A stretch of 64,000 bases of DNA from Candidatus Methylomirabilia bacterium (GTDB lineage Bacteria; Methylomirabilota; Methylomirabilia; Rokubacteriales; CSP1-6), in NCBI GenBank assembly GCA_041497115.1, contig JBGQFW010000013.1:1646-65645 (forward strand), given 5' to 3'. Every line of letters starts with the position of its first letter. Positions within the stretch are counted from its first letter, which is position 1. The notes below the pieces were generated by a model, which was not told the DNA's origin, did no database searches, and saw only the letters and a program-made list of their open reading frames with translations. Of the stretch, positions 51,590 to 59,360 are shown piece by piece. The position numbers and the translations under genes were made by a program.

Positions 51590-53206
51590 TTAGAGACCGC
51601 CGCTGCTGCTGCTCGTCTTCACCGGGCCGTTGAACAGGATGAAGATGCCGGTGTAGGCGGTGACCAGGCTGGCGATCGTCTGGGCGATCAGCAGGTAGTC
51701 CTGATACCACTTCACCGCCACCTCGGGCACCGTCACCACCGCGCCCGCTTCCAGCGGCGGCGCGTCCGCCATGGCGTAGGTGCGGCCGTTGCGGAACGTC
51801 ACCGTGGTGTTGGTGAGCTTGGCCCGGGTGCTGGGGCCGCCGGCCAGCGACAGATATTCGCGCGGCGTGAGATCGGGGCGGTAGTCCTGCGCGCCCGGCG
51901 ACTTCACCTCGCCGACGACGTAGACCTTGTCCTCGATCACCGGCAGCGTCAGGACGTCGCCGTTCTGCAGCAGCACGTTCTGGCTCTCGTCCTTGGTGAC
52001 CAGCAGCCCCTCGAGGTCGATCGGCACCCGCTGGCGCGGCCCGCTGGCGCCGGAGCGGTCGATGAAGGCCAGGTGCAGGTCGGCGTAGGCGGCGGCCCCG
52101 CCCGCCTTAACCACCACGTCGCGGACGCGCTCGCCCTGGGCCAGCTCGAAGCGCTGCACGATCGTCGCCTTGCCGGCGGTCGTCGTCTTGCTGCTGTCGG
52201 CCACGCCCACGAAGGCGCCCCGGACCTCGACGACGTCCTGGAGCACGCTCAGCGGCGGCACGAACAGCGTGTCGCCGGGGGCGAGCGGCACGTCGGCCGG
52301 CGCGGTCAGCGCCGTGCGGAGGTCCACCGAGACCGTCTCCTTGCGGCCGTCGGCGCCGATGCGGGTGAGCCGCGCGTCGGAGCCGGCGCCGCCGGGGGCC
52401 AGCCCGCCGGTGAGGTCGAGGATCTCGCGCAGCGAGGCGTCGGGGCCGAGCTCGTACTCGCCGGGACGCCGGACCGCGCCGGACAACGTGACGGCGGCCT
52501 CCCGCGCCGGCACGTACACGCGCATGTTGTCGCTCACGTACGGGTTCTGGCTCAGGTCGCCGCGCAGCTCGAAGCGCAGCAGGTCCACCACCTGCGTGGT
52601 CCCGCCGCCGGTGACCTGCACGTGGCGGGCGCTGCCGCGCGCCGTGATGCCGCCGGCGTTGAGGACCAGCTCGTGCAGCCGCTGGGTGGCCTGGGCCGGC
52701 ACCGTGCCGGGCCGCTCGACCTCGCCGGCGACCGTGACGTCGAAGACCCGCGGCGCGCTGACCGAGATGCTCACGTCGGCGAAGCGGAAGAGCGACCGGG
52801 CCCGCTCGCTGATCCGGCGGTTGGCCTGGAGCAGCGTCAACCCGCCGACCTCGATCGAGCCGAGGGGCGGAATGTTGACGCTGCCCTCGGGATCCACGAT
52901 GACCTGCACGCGGCTGACGTCGAGGCGGCCGGCGACCTGCACGTCGAGCGTGTCGCCGTTGCCCAGGCGATAGTCCGGCCCCGCCACGTTGCGCAGGGGC
53001 AGCTGGAACGCCGGGAGGATGAGCGGGCGGGCGCCGGGCTGCGTGGGAAACGGCGTGGGCGGTGCCACGGGCGCCTGCGCTGCAGGCGGCGGCGCCTGCA
53101 GCGGCCCACTCGGCGCGGGCTGCTGGCCGACCACCAGGGAGGGTGCCAGAAGAGACACGACGAGCATGAGACTTAACGCTCTACAAATCCGGCGCTTAAC
53201 TCGCAC
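51590..53206 (-). CDS. Outer-membrane polysaccharide export protein (Wza/Poly_export plus SLBB repeats)
   Basis: It has the Poly_export motif YRLGNGDTLDVQVAG and several SLBB-like repeats. The chosen start, GTG 53206, gives VRVKRRICRALSLMLVVSLLAPSLVVGQQ, a good signal peptide. ATG 53167 is also possible. The TTG 53293 start in the ORF track adds AT-rich codons that are atypical for this genome. Confidence 0.8.
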   Translation of the reverse strand: MRVKRRICRALSLMLVVSLLAPSLVVGQQPAPSGPLQAPPPAAQAPVAPPTPFPTQPGARPLILPAFQLPLRNVAGPDYRLGNGDTLDVQVAGRLDVSRVQVIVDPEGSVNIPPLGSIEVGGLTLLQANRRISERARSLFRFADVSISVSAPRVFDVTVAGEVERPGTVPAQATQRLHELVLNAGGITARGSARHVQVTGGGTTQVVDLLRFELRGDLSQNPYVSDNMRVYVPAREAAVTLSGAVRRPGEYELGPDASLREILDLTGGLAPGGAGSDARLTRIGADGRKETVSVDLRTALTAPADVPLAPGDTLFVPPLSVLQDVVEVRGAFVGVADSSKTTTAGKATIVQRFELAQGERVRDVVVKAGGAAAYADLHLAFIDRSGASGPRQRVPIDLEGLLVTKDESQNVLLQNGDVLTLPVIEDKVYVVGEVKSPGAQDYRPDLTPREYLSLAGGPSTRAKLTNTTVTFRNGRTYAMADAPPLEAGAVVTVPEVAVKWYQDYLLIAQTIASLVTAYTGIFILFNGPVKTSSSSGGL

Positions 53207-53318
53207 TGGACGGATTCCGTGCAATGGCGTATTGTCCCTTTTTCGCAACCGGAGCGTCAAGGAAAAAGGCCCATTTTTTGCGAGGTTTGGCAATAGTTTC
53301 CACGCTGGTCATCGCCGC
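53207..53318. promoter_or_regulatory. Low-GC divergent control region between the glycan-export operon and htrA
   Basis: It is clearly AT-richer than anything nearby (ttttcgcaa, ggaaaaaggcccatttttt). The minus strand carries a sigma70-like TTGACG-N18-GACAAT (plus-strand coordinates 53255-53260 and 53231-53236). The boxes are tentative. Confidence 0.3.
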
Positions 53319-54506
53319 ATGACGCTCGGGGCGGCGCGTACCGTCCTCGTGGCCGGCCTGCTTTTCGCCTTGGCCGGCCTGGGTTTCGCAGTCTACGGCT
53401 GGACCCAGGCCTCGCGAACGCGGCCCCAGCCCTCGACCGCCGCCGCGCTGGGGGCCGCCGACGCGCTGCAGGGGGCGTTCGTCGCCGTCGCCGAGCGGCT
53501 TCGGCCGGCCGTGGTCAACATCGGCACCGTTCAAGTGTCCCACAGCCGCCGGACCCCGGTCCTCCCGGGCCCCGGCAGCGACGACCCGTTCTTCAAGGAC
53601 TTCTTCGACCAGTTCTTCGGCCGCGGCGGTCCCGGGCGGCGCGAGGAGTTTCGCCAGCCCGGCCTGGGCTCGGGCGTGATCATCGACAAGCGCGGCTACG
53701 TGCTCACGAACTTCCACGTCATCCGCGGCGCCGACAGCGTGACGGTCAAGCTGCCCTCCAACCAGGAGTTCCAGGGGCGGATCGTCGGCACCGACGCCAA
53801 GACCGACCTCGCGGTCGTGAAGTTTCAGCCGGAGGGCGAGGTGCGGGTCGCGACGCTCGGCGACTCCGACAAGCTGCGGGTCGGCGAGTGGGCGATCGCG
53901 ATCGGCAACCCGTTCGGGCTGGACCAGACGGTGACGGTCGGCGTCATCAGCGCCACCGGCCGCGCCGACGTCGGGATCGCGACCTACGAGAACTTCATCC
54001 AGACCGACGCCTCGATCAACCCCGGCAACTCCGGCGGTCCCCTCGTCAACCTCCGCGGCGAGGTCATCGGCATCAACACGGCGATCGTCGTGACGGGCCA
54101 GGGCATCGGCTTCGCGATCCCCGCGAACATGGCCAAGCGGGTGACGTCACAGCTCATCGATCGCGGCAAGGTGATGCGCGGCTGGATCGGCGTGTCGCTG
54201 GAGCCGCTCACGCGCGAGCTGGCGCAGTCGCTCGGGCTCGGCGACGCGCACGGCGCGGTGGTGGCGCGCGTGCATCCCGGCAGCCCGGCCGAGGCGGCGG
54301 GGCTGCAGCCGAACGACGTGATCGTGAAGTTCGGCGCCACCCCGGTCGACGATTACCACCACCTGCAGCGCCTGTCCTCCGACGCCGAGCCCGGCGCCAC
54401 GATCCCCCTCGAGATCGTCCGCAGCCGCCAGCACAAGACCATCCCCCTCAAGATCGCCGAATCCCCCGACTCCTCCCCCACCCCCACCTCCCCCCGCCTC
54501 CGCTGA
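53319..54506 (+). CDS. HtrA/DegP-family periplasmic serine protease with one PDZ domain
   Basis: 395 aa from ATG 53319 with a TM/signal anchor. The catalytic triad contexts are TNFHVI, DLAVVK and GNSGGPL. The PDZ region reads GAVVARVHPGSPAEAAGLQPNDVIV. Confidence 0.9.
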   Translation: MTLGAARTVLVAGLLFALAGLGFAVYGWTQASRTRPQPSTAAALGAADALQGAFVAVAERLRPAVVNIGTVQVSHSRRTPVLPGPGSDDPFFKDFFDQFFGRGGPGRREEFRQPGLGSGVIIDKRGYVLTNFHVIRGADSVTVKLPSNQEFQGRIVGTDAKTDLAVVKFQPEGEVRVATLGDSDKLRVGEWAIAIGNPFGLDQTVTVGVISATGRADVGIATYENFIQTDASINPGNSGGPLVNLRGEVIGINTAIVVTGQGIGFAIPANMAKRVTSQLIDRGKVMRGWIGVSLEPLTRELAQSLGLGDAHGAVVARVHPGSPAEAAGLQPNDVIVKFGATPVDDYHHLQRLSSDAEPGATIPLEIVRSRQHKTIPLKIAESPDSSPTPTSPRLR

Positions 54507-54627
54507 CGATCAGCAGCGCCCGCCAACCCGAGACACCCGCGGTTGATAGCGCGCCCGAGATCGAGATGTACGGCCGTACGGCCACGATGAGTGAGCGCGC
54601 CCGATTTCGGGGTTACCGCCAACGGTA

Positions 54628-54777
54628 GGGCGTCGGGGCCGGAGGGGGGCGGGGGGCCGCCGACCCGTTTCACTCCCAACCCAGGCGGGAGCCGCCCCGA
54701 GTATGGAGGCGCAGACGCGACCTACGCCGCGCCGCTCATGGTCGCCGGCCCCCCGCCCCCTTCCGGCCCCGACGCCC
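54628..54777. repeat. 37-bp inverted repeat (35/37 match) flanking a 76-bp spacer
   Basis: 54628-54664 (GGGCGTCGGGGCCGGAGGGGGGCGGGGGGCCGCCGAC) pairs with the reverse complement of 54741-54777 (GGGCGTCGGGGCCGGAAGGGGGCGGGGGGCCGGCGAC). It lies between the convergent htrA and cytidylate-kinase-like genes. It also explains the mirrored GPPPPSGPDA peptides in two spurious ORFs. Confidence 0.7.
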
Positions 54778-54783
54778 GTGTAC

Positions 54784-55611
54784 TTACGCGACGAAGGGCG
54801 GAATCGGCGGAATCTCGACCTGCTGCGTGCGCACGTCGCGCACCCCGGGCACGCCGCGCGCGACCTCGACCGCCCGCTCGAGGGCGGTCGTCCCCTCGAG
54901 CGTCACGACGCCGTTGTGCGCCTCCACCGTGATGCGGTAGCGGCGCGTGTCGGCGTGGGTGGCCAGCGCCACCTGCACCCGCGAGGCCAGCGCCCGCGAG
55001 GCGATCGTCTGGCGGCCGGAGTCGCTGGTGGCCATCTCCGGGCGCCGGGCGAGCGTCTCCAGCATCTCCACGACCGCCTCGTTACGCAGCATCTCGGTGT
55101 TGACGATCAGCTCGTAGAGCATCGGGTCGGCGATGTCGACCTCGTAGAGGTAGCGCATCCGGCCGGCCTTCTCGGCGTCGTCGCGGCGCACGAACTCCGC
55201 GGCGGCGCGCTGGTTGGGGGTCTCGCCGGTCATGGACGCCACCCGCTTGATCCACTGCTTCACGCGGTGCTCGAAGGGCCCGATCAGCCGCACGCGCAGC
55301 ACGTGGGGCACGCCGCGCAGCAGCCACTGGCCGCCGCCGCGCAGCATCACGGCGTTGTCGAGCTCGGCCAGCTCGAGCAGCGTGGTTTGTAAGACCGTGA
55401 TGTGATGGCGCGTCTCGGTGTCGAAGCGCTCGAAGAAGGTGGGCTTGGACTCCTCGAGGTGCGAGAGCTTGTCCTCGTCGAGCCCGTAGCGGCGCACTGC
55501 GTCCTGGAGCAGCTCCTGATCCACGTAGCGGTACCCGAGGCGCTGCGACAGCGCCATGCCGATCTCAGGTCCGCCGGCCCCCTTCTGATGCGAGATGACG
55601 ATGATGGCCAT
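54784..55611 (-). CDS. Cytidylate-kinase-like family protein fused to a C-terminal BON domain
   Basis: 275 aa. MAIIVISHQKGAGGPEIGMALSQRLGYRYVDQELL matches the Cytidylate_kin2 family, which has a degenerate P-loop. The C-terminus VQVALATHADTRRYRITVEAHNGVVTLEGTTALERAVEVARGVPGVRDV is BON-like. Confidence 0.7.
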   Translation of the reverse strand: MAIIVISHQKGAGGPEIGMALSQRLGYRYVDQELLQDAVRRYGLDEDKLSHLEESKPTFFERFDTETRHHITVLQTTLLELAELDNAVMLRGGGQWLLRGVPHVLRVRLIGPFEHRVKQWIKRVASMTGETPNQRAAAEFVRRDDAEKAGRMRYLYEVDIADPMLYELIVNTEMLRNEAVVEMLETLARRPEMATSDSGRQTIASRALASRVQVALATHADTRRYRITVEAHNGVVTLEGTTALERAVEVARGVPGVRDVRTQQVEIPPIPPFVA

Positions 55612-55614
55612 GGC

Positions 55615-55812
55615 TCACCCCCGCCGGTATTTGTCCTTGAGCGAAGCTGGCGCGATTGCGATCCGCTTCCCCGCCACGTCCTCCAGGATGTAGACCTCGT
55701 TCGTGAGCGATCCGCTGGCGAACACCTCGAAGACGTCCAGCGCGCTCTCCAGCGTGCTGCCCGGCCGCTCGGCCATCAGGCTCTCGACGGCCGCGCGGGC
55801 CAGTCTCGTCAT
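55615..55812 (-). CDS. Hypothetical small protein (65 aa)
   Basis: Its GC3-rich codon usage looks coding, and its stop lies 3 nt before the next gene's ATG. I recognise no family. Confidence 0.4.
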   Translation of the reverse strand: MTRLARAAVESLMAERPGSTLESALDVFEVFASGSLTNEVYILEDVAGKRIAIAPASLKDKYRRG

Positions 55813-55886
55813 CCGTGCTCCTCCAGGGTGGCCGCAAGCCTACCCGACGGCCCCGCCGACCGCCAGCGGCCCGACAGCCCGGGCCG

Positions 55887-56603
55887 TCAGCCGGCCCGGC
55901 GCCCCTCGCCGCCCGGGCGGCCCTCGGCGGTGGCCCGCGTCAGCGGTGGGCGGGCCAGGTCCGGCACGAACGAGTACGCCGGCCACGGGCCCGTCGGCAC
56001 CACCGCCACGCCCGTCGCGTGGGAGGCCACCGGCGCGATGCGGGCCAGGAACCCGGCGAGGTCCGCCCGGTCCACCAGGAACGCGATCGATGCCGCGACG
56101 TTGCCAACGCTCCCCGACGGGCGATACTGCCACTCGGCGACCCCGGCGCGCTCGACCAGCGTATCGGCGAGCGCGGCGAGCTCGCCGGCGCCCGGCCCCG
56201 CCGGCGGGGCCTCCTCGGCGCGCCGGCGGCCGCCCAGCTGCGCGTCCACCGCGTGGTCCAGCCGCAGCAGCTTCACGCTCATCTCCACGCGGCCGCGCAC
56301 CCCGTCGAGCGCCGCCGTCACCGCCGCCCGGCGCGCGGCCAGCCAGTCGCCGAGCGCGGCGGCGGGCACGCTGGAGCCGTAGCGGAACGGCACCAGGGCC
56401 GCCGCCTCGATGAGGGTGGCGACGATGTCCTGATGGACGGCCAGAGTGCGCGGGGTGGCGGGCGGGACGGCGTCGAGCAGGCTGCCGAGAACGACCACGT
56501 CGTGGACGCGGCGCGGGACGACGGAGCCATCGCCGAGACCGGTCGCCGGCGGGCGCCACGCGGCCGGGATCCGATCGACGATCGCGTAGAGGTAGAGGTT
56601 CAC
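55887..56603 (-). CDS. GvpL/GvpF-family protein (gas-vesicle-associated family), orphan copy
   Basis: 238 aa from GTG 56603, with a GGGAGG Shine-Dalgarno 11 nt upstream. Family hallmarks are present: VNLYLYAIV, ALVPFRYGSSVP, GRVEMSVKL, ASIAFLV and the C-terminal GPWPAYSF. Confidence 0.75.
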   Translation of the reverse strand: MNLYLYAIVDRIPAAWRPPATGLGDGSVVPRRVHDVVVLGSLLDAVPPATPRTLAVHQDIVATLIEAAALVPFRYGSSVPAAALGDWLAARRAAVTAALDGVRGRVEMSVKLLRLDHAVDAQLGGRRRAEEAPPAGPGAGELAALADTLVERAGVAEWQYRPSGSVGNVAASIAFLVDRADLAGFLARIAPVASHATGVAVVPTGPWPAYSFVPDLARPPLTRATAEGRPGGEGRRAG

Positions 56604-56705
56604 GCCGGCACGCCTCCCGGCTGCGGGGGTCTCGAGGTGGCCCCGAATGTAATCCGCGACCCCCGGCCGGTCAAGGCCGCCCGGTGTGCCATAATCGAGC
56701 GCGTC

Positions 56706-57437
56706 GTGAGGCTGCGACGCTCTGCGCCCGCGCTGCTGCTCGTGGCCGTCGGCCTGACGCTCGGCGCGTCGTGGGCCACCGCCGGCCGTCCCGAGCTGCC
56801 CGCGCAGCTGCCGGCCGCCGCGCGGGCGCGCCTGCAGCCCGTCACCGACAGCGCCTCGCTGGCGGTGCGAGCGGACGGTCAGCCGTTCGTCGCCCGGCGC
56901 GACATCTTCGAGTTCCTCCTCGACCATCCGGACTTCGCCACGCACGTGACCCGCACACTCAGGCTCGCCCGCTACCGGATCTGGCGGACGCCGAGCGGCC
57001 TCGCCATCGACGACGGCTGGGGCACCGTCGGCACGTTCGACATGGTGTGGTCGGCCGCCGGGGTGCGCGTGATGCACGCCCGCGGCGTCTACCATCACAG
57101 GATCCTGCCCGACATCGGCGGCCAGGCGGTCGTGCTGATCGACTACGGCGTGCAGCCGGCGGCCCAGGGCAAGAGCCAGATCAACGCCGCCGTCACCGGC
57201 TACGTGAAGCTCGACAGCCGCGTCCTCGCGGCGGCCAGCCGGCTGGCCTCGTCGGTGGCGAGGGCCAAGGGCGAGAAGGAGGCGCGCCAGCTCGTCGAGC
57301 TGTTCGCCAAGACGACCAAGGCGATCGAGAGCGATCCGGGCGGCGTCTACGACAAGGTGCGCCGCAGGCCCGACGCGCCGGCGCACGAGCTCGACGACTT
57401 CCGCCGCCTGCTCAACCTGCCGACCGCCGCCCGCTGA
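56706..57437 (+). CDS. Hypothetical secreted protein
   Basis: 243 aa from GTG 56706 with a signal peptide (VRLRRSAPALLLVAVGLTLGASWATAG). I recognise no family. It is divergent from the GvpL/F-like gene. Confidence 0.5.
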   Translation: MRLRRSAPALLLVAVGLTLGASWATAGRPELPAQLPAAARARLQPVTDSASLAVRADGQPFVARRDIFEFLLDHPDFATHVTRTLRLARYRIWRTPSGLAIDDGWGTVGTFDMVWSAAGVRVMHARGVYHHRILPDIGGQAVVLIDYGVQPAAQGKSQINAAVTGYVKLDSRVLAAASRLASSVARAKGEKEARQLVELFAKTTKAIESDPGGVYDKVRRRPDAPAHELDDFRRLLNLPTAAR

Positions 57438-59322
57438 GCGCGCGGCGCACCCGCGCCAGCCCCTCGCGGAAGCGCGGCAGGTCGGGCCCCAGCCGCACGG
57501 CCGCCGCGTAGGCGGTCTCCGCCGCCTCGTGGCGCCCCTGCTCGTACAACGCCCGGCCCAGCCGGGCATGCGCGTCGGCGTGGTCCGGCCGCACGTCGAG
57601 GAACGCGCGCGCGGCCGTCTCCAGCTCGCGCCACTTCGCCTGCCCCTCCAGCGCCTGCCAGAGATCGAAGTGCGCCTGGGCCGCCTCGAAGCTGAGGCCG
57701 ATGGTCGTGCGGGCCGCCGCCTCGGCCTCGGGCCACCGGGCGACCGCCACGAGCACGTGCGTGAGCCCGGCGGCGGCGGCGATCGAGTCGCCCTGGAGCC
57801 TCAGCGCGTCGCGGTAGGCGGTCTCGGCCTCGCCCAGGCGGCCCGCCTCGGCGAGCAGCTCGCCGAGGTCGCAGCGCGCGCGCGCGTAGTCCGGCTTCAG
57901 GCGGATCGCCGTCTCGAACGCCGCCTGCGCCTCGTCGTGCCGCCCCTGCCAGTAGAGCGACACCCCGAGCCCGCGGTTGAGCGCCGGGTGATCGGGCCGC
58001 CGCTCGAGCGCCTCGCGGTAGGCGACTTCCGCCTCGGCGTGACGCCCCTGGCGCCCGAGACCGAGCGCGATGTTGCCGCGCGCGCGCAGGTGATCGGGCT
58101 CGAGCCGGGTCGCCTCGCGCAGGGCGCGCTCGGCCTCGGCGTGGCGCCCCTGGCGGCCGAGCGCGACACCGAGCTCGTAGTGCAGCTCGGCGTCGTCCGG
58201 CCGCAGCCCGACGGCGCGGCGCAGCGACGCCTCGGCCTCCGCGTAGTGGCGGAGCGCGCCGAGGGCGAGGCCGTGGCCGGCATGCAGGTCGGCGTCGCCG
58301 GGCCGCAGGCGGATCGCCTCGGCGTAGGCGGCGGCGGCGGCCGCCCACCGTCCCTGGCGCCAGTGGACGACGGCCAGCGCCGCGTGGGCGGCCGCGAAGC
58401 GCGGGCGCAGCCGCACCGCCTCGCCGAGCGCCGCCGCCGCGTCGTCGAAGCGGCCCTGACGCTCGAGCACGACGCCCAGGTGATAGTGCGCGCGCGCCTC
58501 GCCGGGCGCCAGCCGCAGCGCCTCGCGGAACGCCTCGGCCGCCTCCGCGTAGCGATGGCGATGGCGGAGGTTCAGCGCGAAGGTCTGGCGCAGGGCGGGA
58601 TCCTCGGGCCGCCGGCGCAGCGCCGCCCGGAGCGCCCGGGTGGCGTGGCCGGTGCGCCCCTGCCGCTCGAGCGCGAGGCCGAGGCCCAGGTGCGCGCGGG
58701 CCTCCAGCGGGCGCGCCTCGATGACCGCCCGGAACGCGTCGGCCGCCTCGACGTGACGCCGCTGCTCGAGCAGCGCGCCGGCCAGGGTCAGCTGCAGGGC
58801 GGGGTCGCGCGCCCCCGCCGCGAGCGCCGCGCGCGCCAGCGCCTCCGCCTCGGCCGGGCGCCGCTGGCGGCGGAGCACCAGCGCGAGGTTCGCGCAGGCC
58901 AGCGGGTCGCGCGGCTTGAGACGCAGCGCCTCGCGCAGGGCGGTCTCGGCACCGGCGAAGTCGCCCTGGCGCTCCCGCGCGAGGCCCAGGGCCAGATGCG
59001 CCTTCGCGAAGTCGGGACGCAGGCGCACCGCCTCGGCGTAGGCGCCGGCGGCGGCGGCGAAGCGGCGCTGCTCGAAGAGCACGGCGCCGAGATCGGCGTG
59101 GGTGGACGCGACGGCGGGCGCCGCCGCCAGCGCCTCGCGCAGCAGCGTCTCGGCCTCGGCGGGGCGGCGCAGCCGTCGCAGCACCGCGGCCAGCTCGGCG
59201 CGCAGCCGCCCGTCCTCGGGACGCCGGCGCAGCGCCTCGCGGAACGCGACCTCGGCCTCGGCCCACCGGCCGGCGACCACGCGCGCGCGGGCCCGATCAC
59301 ACCAGCGCTTGAACTCGTCCAT
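57412..59322 (-). CDS. Tetratricopeptide-repeat protein (about 16-18 consecutive TPR units)
   Basis: 636 aa made almost entirely of 34-aa units of the form A..A...GRxxEAxxAyREALRLrPDxa. Confidence 0.85.
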   Translation of the reverse strand: MDEFKRWCDRARARVVAGRWAEAEVAFREALRRRPEDGRLRAELAAVLRRLRRPAEAETLLREALAAAPAVASTHADLGAVLFEQRRFAAAAGAYAEAVRLRPDFAKAHLALGLARERQGDFAGAETALREALRLKPRDPLACANLALVLRRQRRPAEAEALARAALAAGARDPALQLTLAGALLEQRRHVEAADAFRAVIEARPLEARAHLGLGLALERQGRTGHATRALRAALRRRPEDPALRQTFALNLRHRHRYAEAAEAFREALRLAPGEARAHYHLGVVLERQGRFDDAAAALGEAVRLRPRFAAAHAALAVVHWRQGRWAAAAAAYAEAIRLRPGDADLHAGHGLALGALRHYAEAEASLRRAVGLRPDDAELHYELGVALGRQGRHAEAERALREATRLEPDHLRARGNIALGLGRQGRHAEAEVAYREALERRPDHPALNRGLGVSLYWQGRHDEAQAAFETAIRLKPDYARARCDLGELLAEAGRLGEAETAYRDALRLQGDSIAAAAGLTHVLVAVARWPEAEAAARTTIGLSFEAAQAHFDLWQALEGQAKWRELETAARAFLDVRPDHADAHARLGRALYEQGRHEAAETAYAAAVRLGPDLPRFREGLARVRRALSGRRSAG

Positions 59323-59360
59323 GGCGTCGGCGCCCGCCGCCGACGGGCGCGAACGCTATC

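Noticed and set aside
53207-53293. The TTG 53293 start for the export protein, as in the ORF track
   Set aside because: The added 29-42 codons (MPNLAKNGPFSLTLRLRKRDNTPLHGIRP...) use AT-rich codons such as aaa, aat, ttt and tta, which are foreign to this genome. They would leave only 25 nt for two divergent promoters. GTG 53206 or ATG 53167 gives a proper signal peptide.
55887-56603. A gas-vesicle gene cluster
   Set aside because: Only a GvpL/F-family gene is present. No GvpA/J/M-like small hydrophobic proteins, GvpN or GvpK are visible within at least 8 kb on either side. It is reported as an orphan homolog instead.
57412-59322. Roughly 102-nt periodic similarity that could be mistaken for a repeat array
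   Set aside because: The periodicity corresponds to 34-aa TPR units within one continuous reading frame, and the units are diverged at the DNA level.
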